A DNA stretch of 64,000 nucleotides from Clostridia bacterium (GCA_017621655.1 JAGASS010000025.1:11157-75156); one strand, 5' to 3'. Counted from the stretch's first letter, positions 16,492 through 25,157 are shown. Numbers and translations: made by a program. The notes: generated from the sequence alone by a model not told the origin.

Positions 16492-17862
16492 TTATTTTTT
16501 GTCGGCTTTTTCGGGCTTTTTTGTATTCGCATCGGCATTTTTCTGCTTCTGCGCGTCATCGCGGGCATTTTTGCCGACTGTTTTGTGCTTGCCCTTTGCG
16601 TGACCGACTACGTTCAGATCGTCGCGGCGGTAGAGGCGGAAGGTGCTCGGATCCTTGTCGAGAGCGACCTTCACCATTCCCTTGAGAGGCATCGACTCAA
16701 CTACGACACCCTCGCCGTCGGGAGTCTCAACGATAGCGTCGATCTTCGGCGTTATCGCACTTTCGGCAAGATAAGTATCGTATTCGTAGCGCAGACAGCA
16801 CATGAGACGTCCGCAGGCGCCCGAAATTTTAGCGGAATTGAGCGAGAGATTCTGCTCCTTCGCCATCTTTATTGACACCTGAACGAAGTCGGGTAAGAAG
16901 CTGTTACAGCAGAAGGGTCTGCCGCAGATTCCAAGACCGCCCAGCAGCTTTGCCTCGTCTCTTATACCGATCTGACGAAGCTCGATCCTCGTACGGAAGA
17001 CCGACGCAAGATCCTTTACGAGATCGCGAAAGTCAACGCGTCCTTCGGAGGTGAAGTAGAAGAGAAGCTTCGAATTGTCAAATGCGTATTCGACCTCGAC
17101 GAGCTTCATGTCAAGGCGATGCTCCTCGATCTTGGAAAGGCACATATTGTACGCCTCGACCTCTTTTTCAAGATTCTCCTCGTGTCGGCGCTCGTCGTTG
17201 TCGGTCGCGATACGGACGAGCTTGCGGAGAGGCAGAACGACCTCATTTCCCGATACGGTGCGCTTCGGCATTACGACGGTCGCATATTCAAGACCGCGCG
17301 CGGTCTCGACTATAACGTGTGAATTTTCGCCGCAATCGATATTGTTCGGCTCAAAGTAGTACATCTTTCCGCCTTCTCTGAAGCGAACGCCGACTACCTC
17401 GTAAAAGGGCTTCTTGGGTTCTTTGGGGCAACCCTCACCCTCTTCGCAGGGGGTGCTCGACGGCTCTTCTTCGAAGAATTCTTCCTCGCTTGCCGCCTCT
17501 TCCTCGATCATTTCCTGCACTTCGGCTTCGGTCTCGGCTTCATCAAGCTCAAGCTCGGTCTCGTCAAGCTCAAGCTTGTTTGCGACCGCCTCGTTCTGCG
17601 CTTTATCATCGCGCTTCGGGCGGTTGTTTTTGTAGAACCTGCGGCGGTTGCGGTTGTGCTTTTTGCCGCGGTTATTGTTGTTACCGTTATTATTTTCGTT
17701 TGGCACTTTATTTTCCGTTTCTCCGACATTTGTTATTTCCGCTTCTCCGTCGGTAAAGAAGCGGCACGCAAAATCCCTTGGTGTCATAAACCGCCGTCGG
17801 GAATCGGCGGAGTTTTTGCGGTGGTGTTGGGCGGAACGGTCAGAACTGTTCGCTTTGTTCAT
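16492..17862 (-). CDS. ricT: PSP1-domain protein RicT/YaaT-like with a long low-complexity N-terminal extension
   Basis: The PSP1 core runs VVGVRFREGGKMYYFEPNN...GRPFCCNSFL...CGRLMCCLRYE. The track start (GTG 17922) lies inside repeat R7. ATG 17862 or ATG 17787 are more plausible, so the start is uncertain. Confidence 0.8.
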   Translation of the reverse strand: MNKANSSDRSAQHHRKNSADSRRRFMTPRDFACRFFTDGEAEITNVGETENKVPNENNNGNNNNRGKKHNRNRRRFYKNNRPKRDDKAQNEAVANKLELDETELELDEAETEAEVQEMIEEEAASEEEFFEEEPSSTPCEEGEGCPKEPKKPFYEVVGVRFREGGKMYYFEPNNIDCGENSHVIVETARGLEYATVVMPKRTVSGNEVVLPLRKLVRIATDNDERRHEENLEKEVEAYNMCLSKIEEHRLDMKLVEVEYAFDNSKLLFYFTSEGRVDFRDLVKDLASVFRTRIELRQIGIRDEAKLLGGLGICGRPFCCNSFLPDFVQVSIKMAKEQNLSLNSAKISGACGRLMCCLRYEYDTYLAESAITPKIDAIVETPDGEGVVVESMPLKGMVKVALDKDPSTFRLYRRDDLNVVGHAKGKHKTVGKNARDDAQKQKNADANTKKPEKADKK

Positions 17863-17878
17863 ATGACGCGTTACTTTG

Positions 17879-18080
17879 TTGTAGGGGGCGACAACCTCGG
17901 GAACCCCAAAAACTCGCTTCACTCGTTTTAGGGAACCCCTAACCTAGACGCCCCGTTTCAAACGTAATGTATCTTGTTTGATAGAGACATTTCAAACTTT
18001 CAATAGAGAAGTACGTTCAAGAAAAATATAAACGTTTATTTCGGGGCGCCGAGGACGTCGCCCCCTACAATGACGTGGTA
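17879..18080. repeat. REP pair R7, heads outward, bracketing ~85 bp of AT-rich DNA
   Basis: GTAG-GGGGCGAC...(nested ~55 nt insert)...GACGCCCC at 17881-17954, and GGGGCGCCGAGGACGTCGCCCC-CTAC at about 18042-18069. Confidence 0.8.
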
Positions 18081-18113
18081 AAATTTATATACGTGATTGG
18101 ATATTTCTTTTTC

Positions 18114-19127
18114 TCACATCACGTCCGTTAATCTGCCCGACGCAACGACTGCGGCGGTGCGGACGTTGATATTCGTCTGCGTGACCTCGTAATAGAGGGT
18201 GTCAAGTACGTCAGTCAGACGAACTATGGTGCTTATCGGGAATTTTCCCGAAAGCTCAGCAGCATAAGTGCGGTCGGAATAGAATATCATATCGTTTTCG
18301 CCGCCCTTTTTGATCATGGCAAGATCGCGAAGCGCGTTCTGCACAAGGGAGAGGACCGACGAATAGTTTTCTCTGTCCGAGCTTTCGTCAAGAAGCGCAA
18401 GCATAAGATGCGCGCCGTCCTTCTCGGAGAGGAGCGATACGATATTTTCCGCCTTCTTTATAAGCTGAGGCGTTTTTCTGTTTTTGCCCTCGAGAATGTC
18501 GAGCGCCTTGCCGTAGCTTCCGCCCGATGCGCTGACGATCTTTTTAAGCGCTTGCTCGTCCTTTGCATAAAGGTCGGCGGCTTTTTTTACGTTTTGGGTC
18601 AGAAGCTCGGTCAGCTTTTTGTCGTTAAAGACCTCTGTCTTTATCTCGGGCGCGCGTGAACGTACCGTCGGAAGAAGCTGTGAGGGTGCTGAGGTGAGCA
18701 GTATGAAATAAACGCTCTTCGGTCCTTCCTCGAAGATCTTGAGAAGCGCGTTCTGCGCCTGGGTGGTCAGCTTTTCGGCGTCATTTATAATATATATCTT
18801 CACGTCGAGGTCGTTCGGAAGAATGTAGGCGGAATCGGTAATTTCTCTTACGCTTTCAATACCTATCGTTTTTCTGTCCTTGACAAGTCCGACTGTTATA
18901 ACGTCGGGCGAGATCCCCTCGGAAATTTTGCGGCAGCTTTCGCATTTACCGCAGGGGCGATCTGATCCCTTGCAGGAAATAGCCATAGCGAAAAGGAGCG
19001 CGGCGGTGCTTTTACCGCTGCCCTCGGGGCCGCTTATCATAAACGCGTTCGGGAACGCTCTCTTACCCGCGAAGCCGCGAAGCGTGCTTTTAAGCGCTTC
19101 GTTGCCGAAAAGAACGTCGAGATCCAT
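18114..19127 (-). CDS. holB: DNA polymerase III subunit delta prime
   Basis: Walker A GPEGSGKST, zinc module CGKCESCRKI, and a position downstream of darA as in Bacillus. Confidence 0.9.
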   Translation of the reverse strand: MDLDVLFGNEALKSTLRGFAGKRAFPNAFMISGPEGSGKSTAALLFAMAISCKGSDRPCGKCESCRKISEGISPDVITVGLVKDRKTIGIESVREITDSAYILPNDLDVKIYIINDAEKLTTQAQNALLKIFEEGPKSVYFILLTSAPSQLLPTVRSRAPEIKTEVFNDKKLTELLTQNVKKAADLYAKDEQALKKIVSASGGSYGKALDILEGKNRKTPQLIKKAENIVSLLSEKDGAHLMLALLDESSDRENYSSVLSLVQNALRDLAMIKKGGENDMIFYSDRTYAAELSGKFPISTIVRLTDVLDTLYYEVTQTNINVRTAAVVASGRLTDVM

Positions 19128-19453
19128 TACAGGTGCTCAAATTCCTCAACGTTGAGTACGAATACAGTCGCGCCGCCGACGGTGACCTTCGTCATATCGC
19201 GCGAGAGAGCGGAAGGATCGCCCTTGACGATGCTGTTCGGAACGACCTGCTCGCGCTTTTTGCAGTTCTGCGCGATGATCTCCTTTGCGCGATTGGCATC
19301 TGCGTCCTCAACGCCGATAAGGAACGTCGAGTTTCCGCTCATAAGAAATCCGCCGGTCGACGAAATTTTCGTCACCGAAAAGCCCTCGCGGCTGAGCGAG
19401 GTGCTGACGGAATGCGCGTCGTCGTTATTTACAATTGCAAGCAGCAGCTTCAT
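19127..19453 (-). CDS. darA: PII-like cyclic-di-AMP receptor DarA/YaaQ (DUF970)
   Basis: 108 aa. MKLLLAIVNNDDAHSVSTSLSREGFSVTKISSTGGFL resembles YaaQ. TAATG stop/start overlap with holB. Confidence 0.8.
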   Translation of the reverse strand: MKLLLAIVNNDDAHSVSTSLSREGFSVTKISSTGGFLMSGNSTFLIGVEDADANRAKEIIAQNCKKREQVVPNSIVKGDPSALSRDMTKVTVGGATVFVLNVEEFEHL

Positions 19454-19568
19454 AATATGATCTCCTTGCGGTTAAAAAACAGTGTTTCGGGGAAACATAA
19501 CCCCAAATTATTATAACAAATAAAAACGCACTTGTAAAGAGCAAAAGAATGGAGAAAAAGGGCATAAT

Positions 19569-20348
19569 ATGAAATTTTTTACCAAAAAGGACCTGGCTTA
19601 TCTTCTCGTTATCGCGATCTTGGCGCTAACGTCGGTATTTTTTGCCTTCAAGGGAATGATCTCCGAAGAAAAATATGAAAACTACCGAGCAAGAATACTG
19701 AATCGCGCGCTTGAGAGTTCGATACAGCTTTTGGGCGAATATATAGAGACGGAGGAGGTGCATTTGTCGGCATTTTTATCGTCGCGCCTGAATGAACTTC
19801 CGCTTTCGGGCGAGGAGCGCGAGGCGGTGATAATGTTCTGCACCGACGTAGCGAGGTCGGAGGAGGATCCCGATAGCAAGCGCCGGTCGCTTCTCTACGC
19901 AAAGGAGCTGATGACGACCCTGATCGACAACCGAGACGAGATCAAGCGCGGCGATACTTCGTCAATCCCCCTTTACGAAGGCGAGATCCCGACCTTGTCA
20001 CAACCCGTGGATAAGCCGTATTTTTCCGATGCGAAAAAGATACTCGGCGTAAACGAACTGCGTTCCTATACGAGGGGAAACGTGATCGGCTACCGCACAG
20101 CGAGTGCGTATGCGGAGTTTGAAGAGGGCGTTTTCATCCGTTACCTCTGCCGCCGAGACGGAAAGGAAAAAATTTCTCTCGATGATGGTAGAAAAGACGC
20201 CGAAAAATTCGCAAAGCTCTATTGCGGCGGCGGGAAAGCGATCTCCGAAAGCAACGAGGACGGCTATTTCCGCTTCGTTTTCGACGGATTTTATATCGAC
20301 GTCTCGGCTTTTGGCGGAGTTATGCGTTACGAAAGAACGAAAATTTGA
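19569..20348 (+). CDS. hypothetical membrane-anchored protein
   Basis: N-terminal TM helix, and an RBS GGAGAAAAAGGG upstream. No family recognised. Confidence 0.55.
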   Translation: MKFFTKKDLAYLLVIAILALTSVFFAFKGMISEEKYENYRARILNRALESSIQLLGEYIETEEVHLSAFLSSRLNELPLSGEEREAVIMFCTDVARSEEDPDSKRRSLLYAKELMTTLIDNRDEIKRGDTSSIPLYEGEIPTLSQPVDKPYFSDAKKILGVNELRSYTRGNVIGYRTASAYAEFEEGVFIRYLCRRDGKEKISLDDGRKDAEKFAKLYCGGGKAISESNEDGYFRFVFDGFYIDVSAFGGVMRYERTKI

Positions 20349-20414
20349 TTTACCCCTTTATTTTTCGGTTATTATGTGTTATAATTATCAAAAATCAACT
20401 GTTAAGGTGAAAAA

Positions 20415-20813
20415 ATGGCGAATTACAGAGTCGGAAGAGTAAACGAAGAGCTTATGAAGGCGCTTTGTGAGATTATAAGAACGGTAAAGGACCCAAGAGT
20501 TTCGGGTGCGTTTGTCAGCATTACGGCTGTCGATTGCACGCCCGACCTAAAAAATGCGAAGGTCTATTTCTCGGTCATGGGCGAGCGCCGCAAGGGCGAC
20601 ACGCAAAAGGGACTTGAGAACGCGACCGGTTATATAAGAACACAGATCGCAAAAATGCTCAATCTCCGTATAACCCCCGAGCTTCGCTTCATTTCGGATG
20701 AGTCGATGAAGCACGGAGCACATATCAGTGCTCTCATGAAGCAGGTCGAGGAGGAGCTTCGCGAGGCAGATAAAAAAGCCGCAGAGGAAGCGGAAAAGGA
20801 AAACGAAGACTAA
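20415..20813 (+). CDS. rbfA: ribosome-binding factor A
   Basis: RVGRVNEELMKALCEII...DPRVS..FVSITAVDCTPDLKNAKVYFSV matches the RbfA pattern. Confidence 0.9.
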   Translation: MANYRVGRVNEELMKALCEIIRTVKDPRVSGAFVSITAVDCTPDLKNAKVYFSVMGERRKGDTQKGLENATGYIRTQIAKMLNLRITPELRFISDESMKHGAHISALMKQVEEELREADKKAAEEAEKENED

Positions 20814-20815
20814 AA

Positions 20816-20844
20816 GTAGGCGGATTTATCCGCCTGCTTTTTTG
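20816..20844 (+). terminator. rho-independent terminator after rbfA
   Basis: AGGCGGA-TTT-ATCCGCCT followed by GCTTTTTTG. Confidence 0.75.
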
Positions 20845-20869
20845 TTGGGCTTTAGCTATACCGTTGTGC

Positions 20870-21095
20870 GAAGCAAAGCTTTCAATGGCTCCAACTCCGG
20901 AGTAGTTTGCTGCGCAACCTACGGGAGCTGTCACCGAAGGTGACTGAAGGAGCCGTCGGGCAAGAAACGTTCAATGACAAATATTTAGGGAGCCGCCTCG
21001 GATGAGACGGGCAACTCCCAATAATTATTTTAATCGCGTGCTCCTTTCGTCTCGCATTCGCTCGACACCTCCCTCCCGGAGGGAGGCAAAGCGAA
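20870..21095. repeat. degenerate member of the repeat family (R8)
   Basis: Shares the 31-nt block GGGAGCTGTCACCGAAGGTGACTGAAGGAGC with 44150-44180. It also has CCTCGGATGAGACGGG and ACACCTCCCTCCCGGAGGGAGG modules. Confidence 0.55.
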
Positions 21096-21116
21096 TGTCC
21101 TCTTGTCTTTCCTTAA

Positions 21117-21146
21117 TAAAAAGCACCCTTTTCGGGTGCTTTTGTT
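21117..21146 (-). terminator. terminator downstream of the SDR gene
   Basis: On the minus strand, GCACCCGAAAAGGGTGC followed by TTTTTATT. Confidence 0.7.
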
Positions 21147-21156
21147 TTCATTCGTA

Positions 21157-22002
21157 TTATACTCCCGAATACGCGGAGAATCCTGCGTCGATGGGGAGAA
21201 CGATTCCTGTGATAGCGGAAGCGGAACGGTCATCGCAGAGCATGAGGGTCGCGCCGAGAAGCTCGTCGCTTTCGACGAAGCGTCCCATCGGAGTGCCGTT
21301 CAGGATCTTCTTGCTTCTTGCGGTGGGGTTGCCCTCCTCGTCAAAGAGGAGCGAACGGTTCTGCGCGGAGAGGAGGAAGCCGGGAGCGATAGCGTTGCAA
21401 CGGATTCCCGTGCCTGCAAAGTGAGTTGCGAGCCACTGCGTGAAGTTCGAGATACCTGCCTTAGCCGCAGAGTATGCGGGGATCTTTGTAAGCGGAATAT
21501 AGGCGTTCATCGACGAAATGTTGAGGATCGCGCCCTTGCCCTTCTTTACCATGTCGGTCGCAAATACCTGAGTTGGAAGAAGAGTTCCCTGGAAGTTGAG
21601 CTTGAATACGAAGTCGATTCCGTCCTGAGTGAGGTCGAAGAAGGACTTTTTGCCCTCGACTGCCTCGTGCTGATACTCATTGTCGGTCGTTGCTGCAGGG
21701 TTGTTTCCGCCTGCGCCGTTGACGAGAACGTCACATTCGCCGAGCTTAGCGAGAACTGCCTCGTGAGCCGCCTTAAGTGACTCGGGTTCAAGAACGTTTG
21801 CTTCAAACGCTTCGCAGATGAAGCCCTCACTTTTCAGCTCGTTTGCGAGCTTTTCTACGTTTGCGAGGTTGCGGTCAAGAGCCGCTACCTTTGCGCCCGA
21901 CTGCGCGAATGCGCGCGCCATTGCGGAGCAGATAAGTCCACCTGCGCCGGTTACTACTACCACCTTGCCGGTGTAATCAATGTTAAGAGGAAGATTGATC
22001 AT
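21157..22002 (-). CDS. SDR-family oxidoreductase, D-mannonate oxidoreductase-like
   Basis: VVVVTGAGGLICSAMARAF Rossmann motif and a YSAAK catalytic motif. It lies directly downstream of uxuA. Confidence 0.8.
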   Translation of the reverse strand: MINLPLNIDYTGKVVVVTGAGGLICSAMARAFAQSGAKVAALDRNLANVEKLANELKSEGFICEAFEANVLEPESLKAAHEAVLAKLGECDVLVNGAGGNNPAATTDNEYQHEAVEGKKSFFDLTQDGIDFVFKLNFQGTLLPTQVFATDMVKKGKGAILNISSMNAYIPLTKIPAYSAAKAGISNFTQWLATHFAGTGIRCNAIAPGFLLSAQNRSLLFDEEGNPTARSKKILNGTPMGRFVESDELLGATLMLCDDRSASAITGIVLPIDAGFSAYSGV

Positions 22003-22059
22003 GATTTTTCTCCTTTGGGGGATTTATGGGTACATTCACCTTATGTGAATGTTTGAATA

Positions 22060-22262
22060 CGTTGTTTGCCTTCTCCTGAGGGAGAAGGGGGACCACGAAG
22101 TGGTGGATGAGGAGTAATCTCACGATATAGACACAAAAGGAATCGTTAAAGCTCATTACATTTGCTTTTATATACTCTTTGACACCTCATCCGAGGCACT
22201 GCCTCTTGTTTACCTCTTACCTTCATCTCGCTGGAGAAGGCAAAGTAAAATGCCGAAGCTTT
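22060..22262. repeat. palindromic composite repeat R9, located between uxuA and the SDR gene
   Basis: CCTTCTCCTGAGGGAGAAGG, CCACGAAGTGGTGG, GGATGAGGAG, a ~65-nt centre, ACACCTCATCC, GAGGCACTGCCTC and CCTTCATCTCGCTGGAGAAGG. Confidence 0.8.
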
Positions 22263-22291
22263 TGATTGTCCGCAATAGAGCGAACGTTGTA

Positions 22292-23344
22292 TTACAGCAG
22301 GTCCAATTTTCCGCCGTTTGCTTCGATAAGACCGTTTATATATGCACTTCCGAGCGCGCGGTCATATAGACCGTAACCGGGCTTTCCGGTCTCGCCCCAG
22401 ATCATTCTGCCGTGGTCGGGACGGAAATATCCGTCGAAGCCGTTTTCTACAAGCGCCTTGACGACCTCGTTCATATCGACGCTTCCGTAAGCGGAAAGGT
22501 GTCCCGATTCCTCGAAGCTCGTGTCGGGGAGGATCTTTACGTTACGCAGGTGCATGAATGCGATGCGGTCTGCCTTCGCGTACTTCTTCGTAAGAGCGAC
22601 CATGTCGTTCTTCGGTGAACAGCCGAGCGAGCCGATACAGAGGCAGAGAGAGTTTGCAGGGCTGTCAACGATTGAGAGCATTCTGTCGATGTTCTTTTCG
22701 TCTGTGATTATTCTCGGAATTCCGAAAATGGGATAAGGCGGATCGTCGGGGTGGATCGCCATTCGAACACCGCATTCCTCGGCAACGGGAATGATCTTTT
22801 TAAGGAATCTTTCAAGATTCTTCCAAAGTCCCTCTTCGCCAAGCTCGCCGTATGCGACGATAAGCTCGCGGATCTTCTCTCTCGTGTAGCTTGCGTCCCA
22901 ACCGGGCAGGCAAATGTCGTCCTTGAGAGGATCAAGTCCCTTCATCTGATCCCAGTACATGACGAGCGAGGTCGAGCCGTCGGGCGCTTCCTTGTCGAGC
23001 TGGGTTCTCGTCCAGTCGAAAACGGGCATAAAGTTGTAGGTTATGCACTTGATGCCGTATTTTGCACAGCGGCGAATGTTCTCACAGTAGTTTTCAATGT
23101 GACGGTCACCCTCGGGTAGACCTAACTTGATCTCCTCCGTTACGGGGATCGACTCAACGATGTCGAAAACGAGACCGTTTTCTTTACAAAGATTGCAAAG
23201 ACGCTCGATGCTCTCCTCAGGCCATACCTCGCCGGGCTTAACGTCGTAAACTGCCGAAACGACGGAACGCATGCCGGGTATCTGCGAGATGTATTTTAGC
23301 GATACGGGATCGCTCTCGCCGTACCAACGAAATGAACTTTTCAT
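22292..23344 (-). CDS. uxuA: mannonate dehydratase
   Basis: The N-terminus MKSSFRWYGESDPVSLKYISQIPG and the overall length match UxuA. Confidence 0.9.
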   Translation of the reverse strand: MKSSFRWYGESDPVSLKYISQIPGMRSVVSAVYDVKPGEVWPEESIERLCNLCKENGLVFDIVESIPVTEEIKLGLPEGDRHIENYCENIRRCAKYGIKCITYNFMPVFDWTRTQLDKEAPDGSTSLVMYWDQMKGLDPLKDDICLPGWDASYTREKIRELIVAYGELGEEGLWKNLERFLKKIIPVAEECGVRMAIHPDDPPYPIFGIPRIITDEKNIDRMLSIVDSPANSLCLCIGSLGCSPKNDMVALTKKYAKADRIAFMHLRNVKILPDTSFEESGHLSAYGSVDMNEVVKALVENGFDGYFRPDHGRMIWGETGKPGYGLYDRALGSAYINGLIEANGGKLDLL

Positions 23345-23465
23345 TTTGTCCTCCGAAAAATGTCGATTTCTGTTTCAATGAATGTAGTCCAAAAAGCAGA
23401 GAGCTTTTTGGTGGCTGATATATCAGCCGCGAAAATGCTTTTTGCCTTTTCGACATCCTATGTTC

Positions 23466-23494
23466 ATTATAATCCCGAAAGTTTATTTTGTCAA
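23466..23494 (-). promoter_or_regulatory. sigma-A-type promoter for uxuA
   Basis: The minus strand reads TTGACA, 17 nt spacer, TATAAT, about 120 nt upstream of the start codon. Confidence 0.65.
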
Positions 23495-23523
23495 CTTTTT
23501 TGATAAAATTATTTAATACATTG

Positions 23524-23549
23524 CAAAAGGGCTCATAAATTGAGCCCTA
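23524..23549 (-). terminator. terminator downstream of the TIM-barrel gene
   Basis: On the minus strand, GGGCTCA-ATTTA-TGAGCCC followed by TTTTG. Confidence 0.65.
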
Positions 23550-23569
23550 GATAGAGTTTATTTGCAATA

Positions 23570-24484
23570 TTACGCGTTTTCGTAGATGTCGGAAAGGTAT
23601 CTACCGACTGCCGCAAGGTAATCCATACCTGCAGGAACGATCTCCTTCGGACCGGGAATAACGACCTCAAAGTTGAGCACGCCCTTGTAGCCGATCTCCT
23701 TGAGCGCCTTCATGAGCGCGGTCCAGTCCATAGCGAGGGGCTTCCAAACCATTCCCTCGGGTGCCTGACGGTGTGCGAAGGGGATAGTGTGAAGGTCGCA
23801 AAGACCGTCGTTGTCGTGGACGTGGAGACAAACGAGCTTGTCGCCGCAGATGCGAACCATCTCAACGGGATCGTCTTGAGTAAGAAGTCCGTGTCCGACG
23901 TCAACGCAGATCTTGAAGCGGTCGCCGAGAAGCTCGCACGCCTTTACCATTTCCTTTGCGCGTGAGAAGATGGTCGGGCAGATGTGACCGAAAACGGTGT
24001 CAACGTTCCACATGTTCTCGATACAGCAGTAAACGTCGTATTCCTCAAGGCAGGGAATGAGCTTCTTGTAGAGATCAATAACCGCAGGGAAGGTCTCCTC
24101 CTCCATAACGTCGTACTTTCTGCGGACGTCAATGATCGGGTGAGTAACGCAGTGCTGGGAGCCGAGATAGTGGCACGCCTTGATGGAGCACTCGATCCTC
24201 TTGATGATCTCCTCCTCGCTCGAATAGTAACGGGGGTGACCGTCGAAGGCGGAATGTATCTGGAAGATCTTGATTCCGACGGAATCGGCTTTTTCCTTAA
24301 GGTCGGTGAAGTAGTCCTTTATTGCCTCGTCGGTCCAGTTGTCGATGCCGCCGAGAAAGTCGGAGCCGCGGTCAAAAAACGGTTCCATCGAAAGGTCGAT
24401 TCCGTCAAAGCCCGATGCCTTTAACTGCTTAAACATTGCAAATTCGTCACCGAGGCAACGCTGTCTGATCATTGAAAGCTTCAT
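23570..24484 (-). CDS. sugar phosphate isomerase/epimerase (xylose isomerase-like TIM barrel)
   Basis: 304 aa with the typical AP_endonuc_2 layout (GFDGIDL..., HVHDNDG...). Confidence 0.8.
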   Translation of the reverse strand: MKLSMIRQRCLGDEFAMFKQLKASGFDGIDLSMEPFFDRGSDFLGGIDNWTDEAIKDYFTDLKEKADSVGIKIFQIHSAFDGHPRYYSSEEEIIKRIECSIKACHYLGSQHCVTHPIIDVRRKYDVMEEETFPAVIDLYKKLIPCLEEYDVYCCIENMWNVDTVFGHICPTIFSRAKEMVKACELLGDRFKICVDVGHGLLTQDDPVEMVRICGDKLVCLHVHDNDGLCDLHTIPFAHRQAPEGMVWKPLAMDWTALMKALKEIGYKGVLNFEVVIPGPKEIVPAGMDYLAAVGRYLSDIYENA

Positions 24485-24521
24485 ATTTGTTCTCCTTTAA
24501 GAAAGGGTTTTGTTTTATATA

Positions 24522-24550
24522 ATTATAGTTTAGGCGGGCAAAAAAGTCAA
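24522..24550 (-). promoter_or_regulatory. sigma-A-type promoter for the TIM-barrel gene
   Basis: The minus strand reads TTGACT, 17 nt spacer, TATAAT. Confidence 0.6.
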
Positions 24551-24639
24551 CGGTTTGGCGGTAAAAGACTAAAAATGACCCATACGCATCATAATAATAT
24601 AGGAAAACGGCACGAAAATTTCTTTTTTTGAAAAAAGTG

Positions 24640-24668
24640 TTGACAAATGGATTTTCGTATGGTATAAT
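24640..24668 (+). promoter_or_regulatory. sigma-A-type promoter for the tRNA pair
   Basis: TTGACA, 17 nt spacer, TGgTATAAT (extended -10), 36 nt before the tRNA 5' end. Confidence 0.75.
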
Positions 24669-24703
24669 CTTTAAGCGCTTTCGGTGGAAAGCAAAATAAA
24701 TAT

Positions 24704-24780
24704 GGCGGAGTAGCTCAGTTGGCTAGAGCAACCGGTTCATACCCGGTAGGTCATGGGTTCAAGTCCAATCTCCGCTACCA
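24704..24780 (+). tRNA. tRNA-Met (anticodon CAT; could alternatively be a lysidine-modified Ile2)
   Basis: Folded by hand: acceptor GGCGGAG/CTCCGCT, D arm GCTC..GAGC, anticodon stem ACCGG/CCGGT with loop TTCATAC, a TTCAAGT T-loop and an encoded CCA. There is one G-A mismatch in the T stem. Confidence 0.85.
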
Positions 24781-24855
24781 GGCCCGTTGGTCAAGCGGCT
24801 AAGACACCGCCCTTTCACGGCGGTAACACGAGTTCGATTCTCGTACGGGTCACCA
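24781..24855 (+). tRNA. tRNA-Glu (anticodon TTC)
   Basis: Acceptor GGCCCGT/ACGGGTC, anticodon stem CCGCC/GGCGG with loop CTTTCAC, a TTCGATT T-loop and an encoded CCA. It starts on the base immediately after the CCA of tRNA-Met. Confidence 0.9.
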
Positions 24856-24858
24856 AAA

Positions 24859-24896
24859 TGAAAAGAGGGATGCAAAGCATCCCTCTTTTCATTTTG
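24859..24896 (+). terminator. rho-independent terminator after the tRNA pair
   Basis: GAAAAGAGGGATGC-AAA-GCATCCCTCTTTTC followed by ATTTTG. Confidence 0.8.
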
Positions 24897-24949
24897 ACGC
24901 CTCGTCGAAACGACGAGGCGCGAAAGCGTAACGAGTTCGCATTTGAGCC

Positions 24950-25132
24950 GAAAGCACGACGTCGTGTTCGGGAACAATGTAACATCGTTTTTGCGCGGGG
25001 CGTCGAGGACGTCGCCCCCTACAAAGATGTGGCGAAAATTCGCCACGTTGTCTCGCCTTCCCCTCAGGGGGGAAGGTAAGAGGTAAACAAGAGGCAGTGC
25101 CTCGGATGAGGTGTTCGGGAACAATGTAACAT
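24950..25132. repeat. REP/BIME-like composite repeat R10 (one full unit)
   Basis: Near-identical to parts of two different R1 units. See the finding at 24950-25132. Confidence 0.9.
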
Positions 25133-25157
25133 CCTTTCCAAACGGACCGTCTCAATT

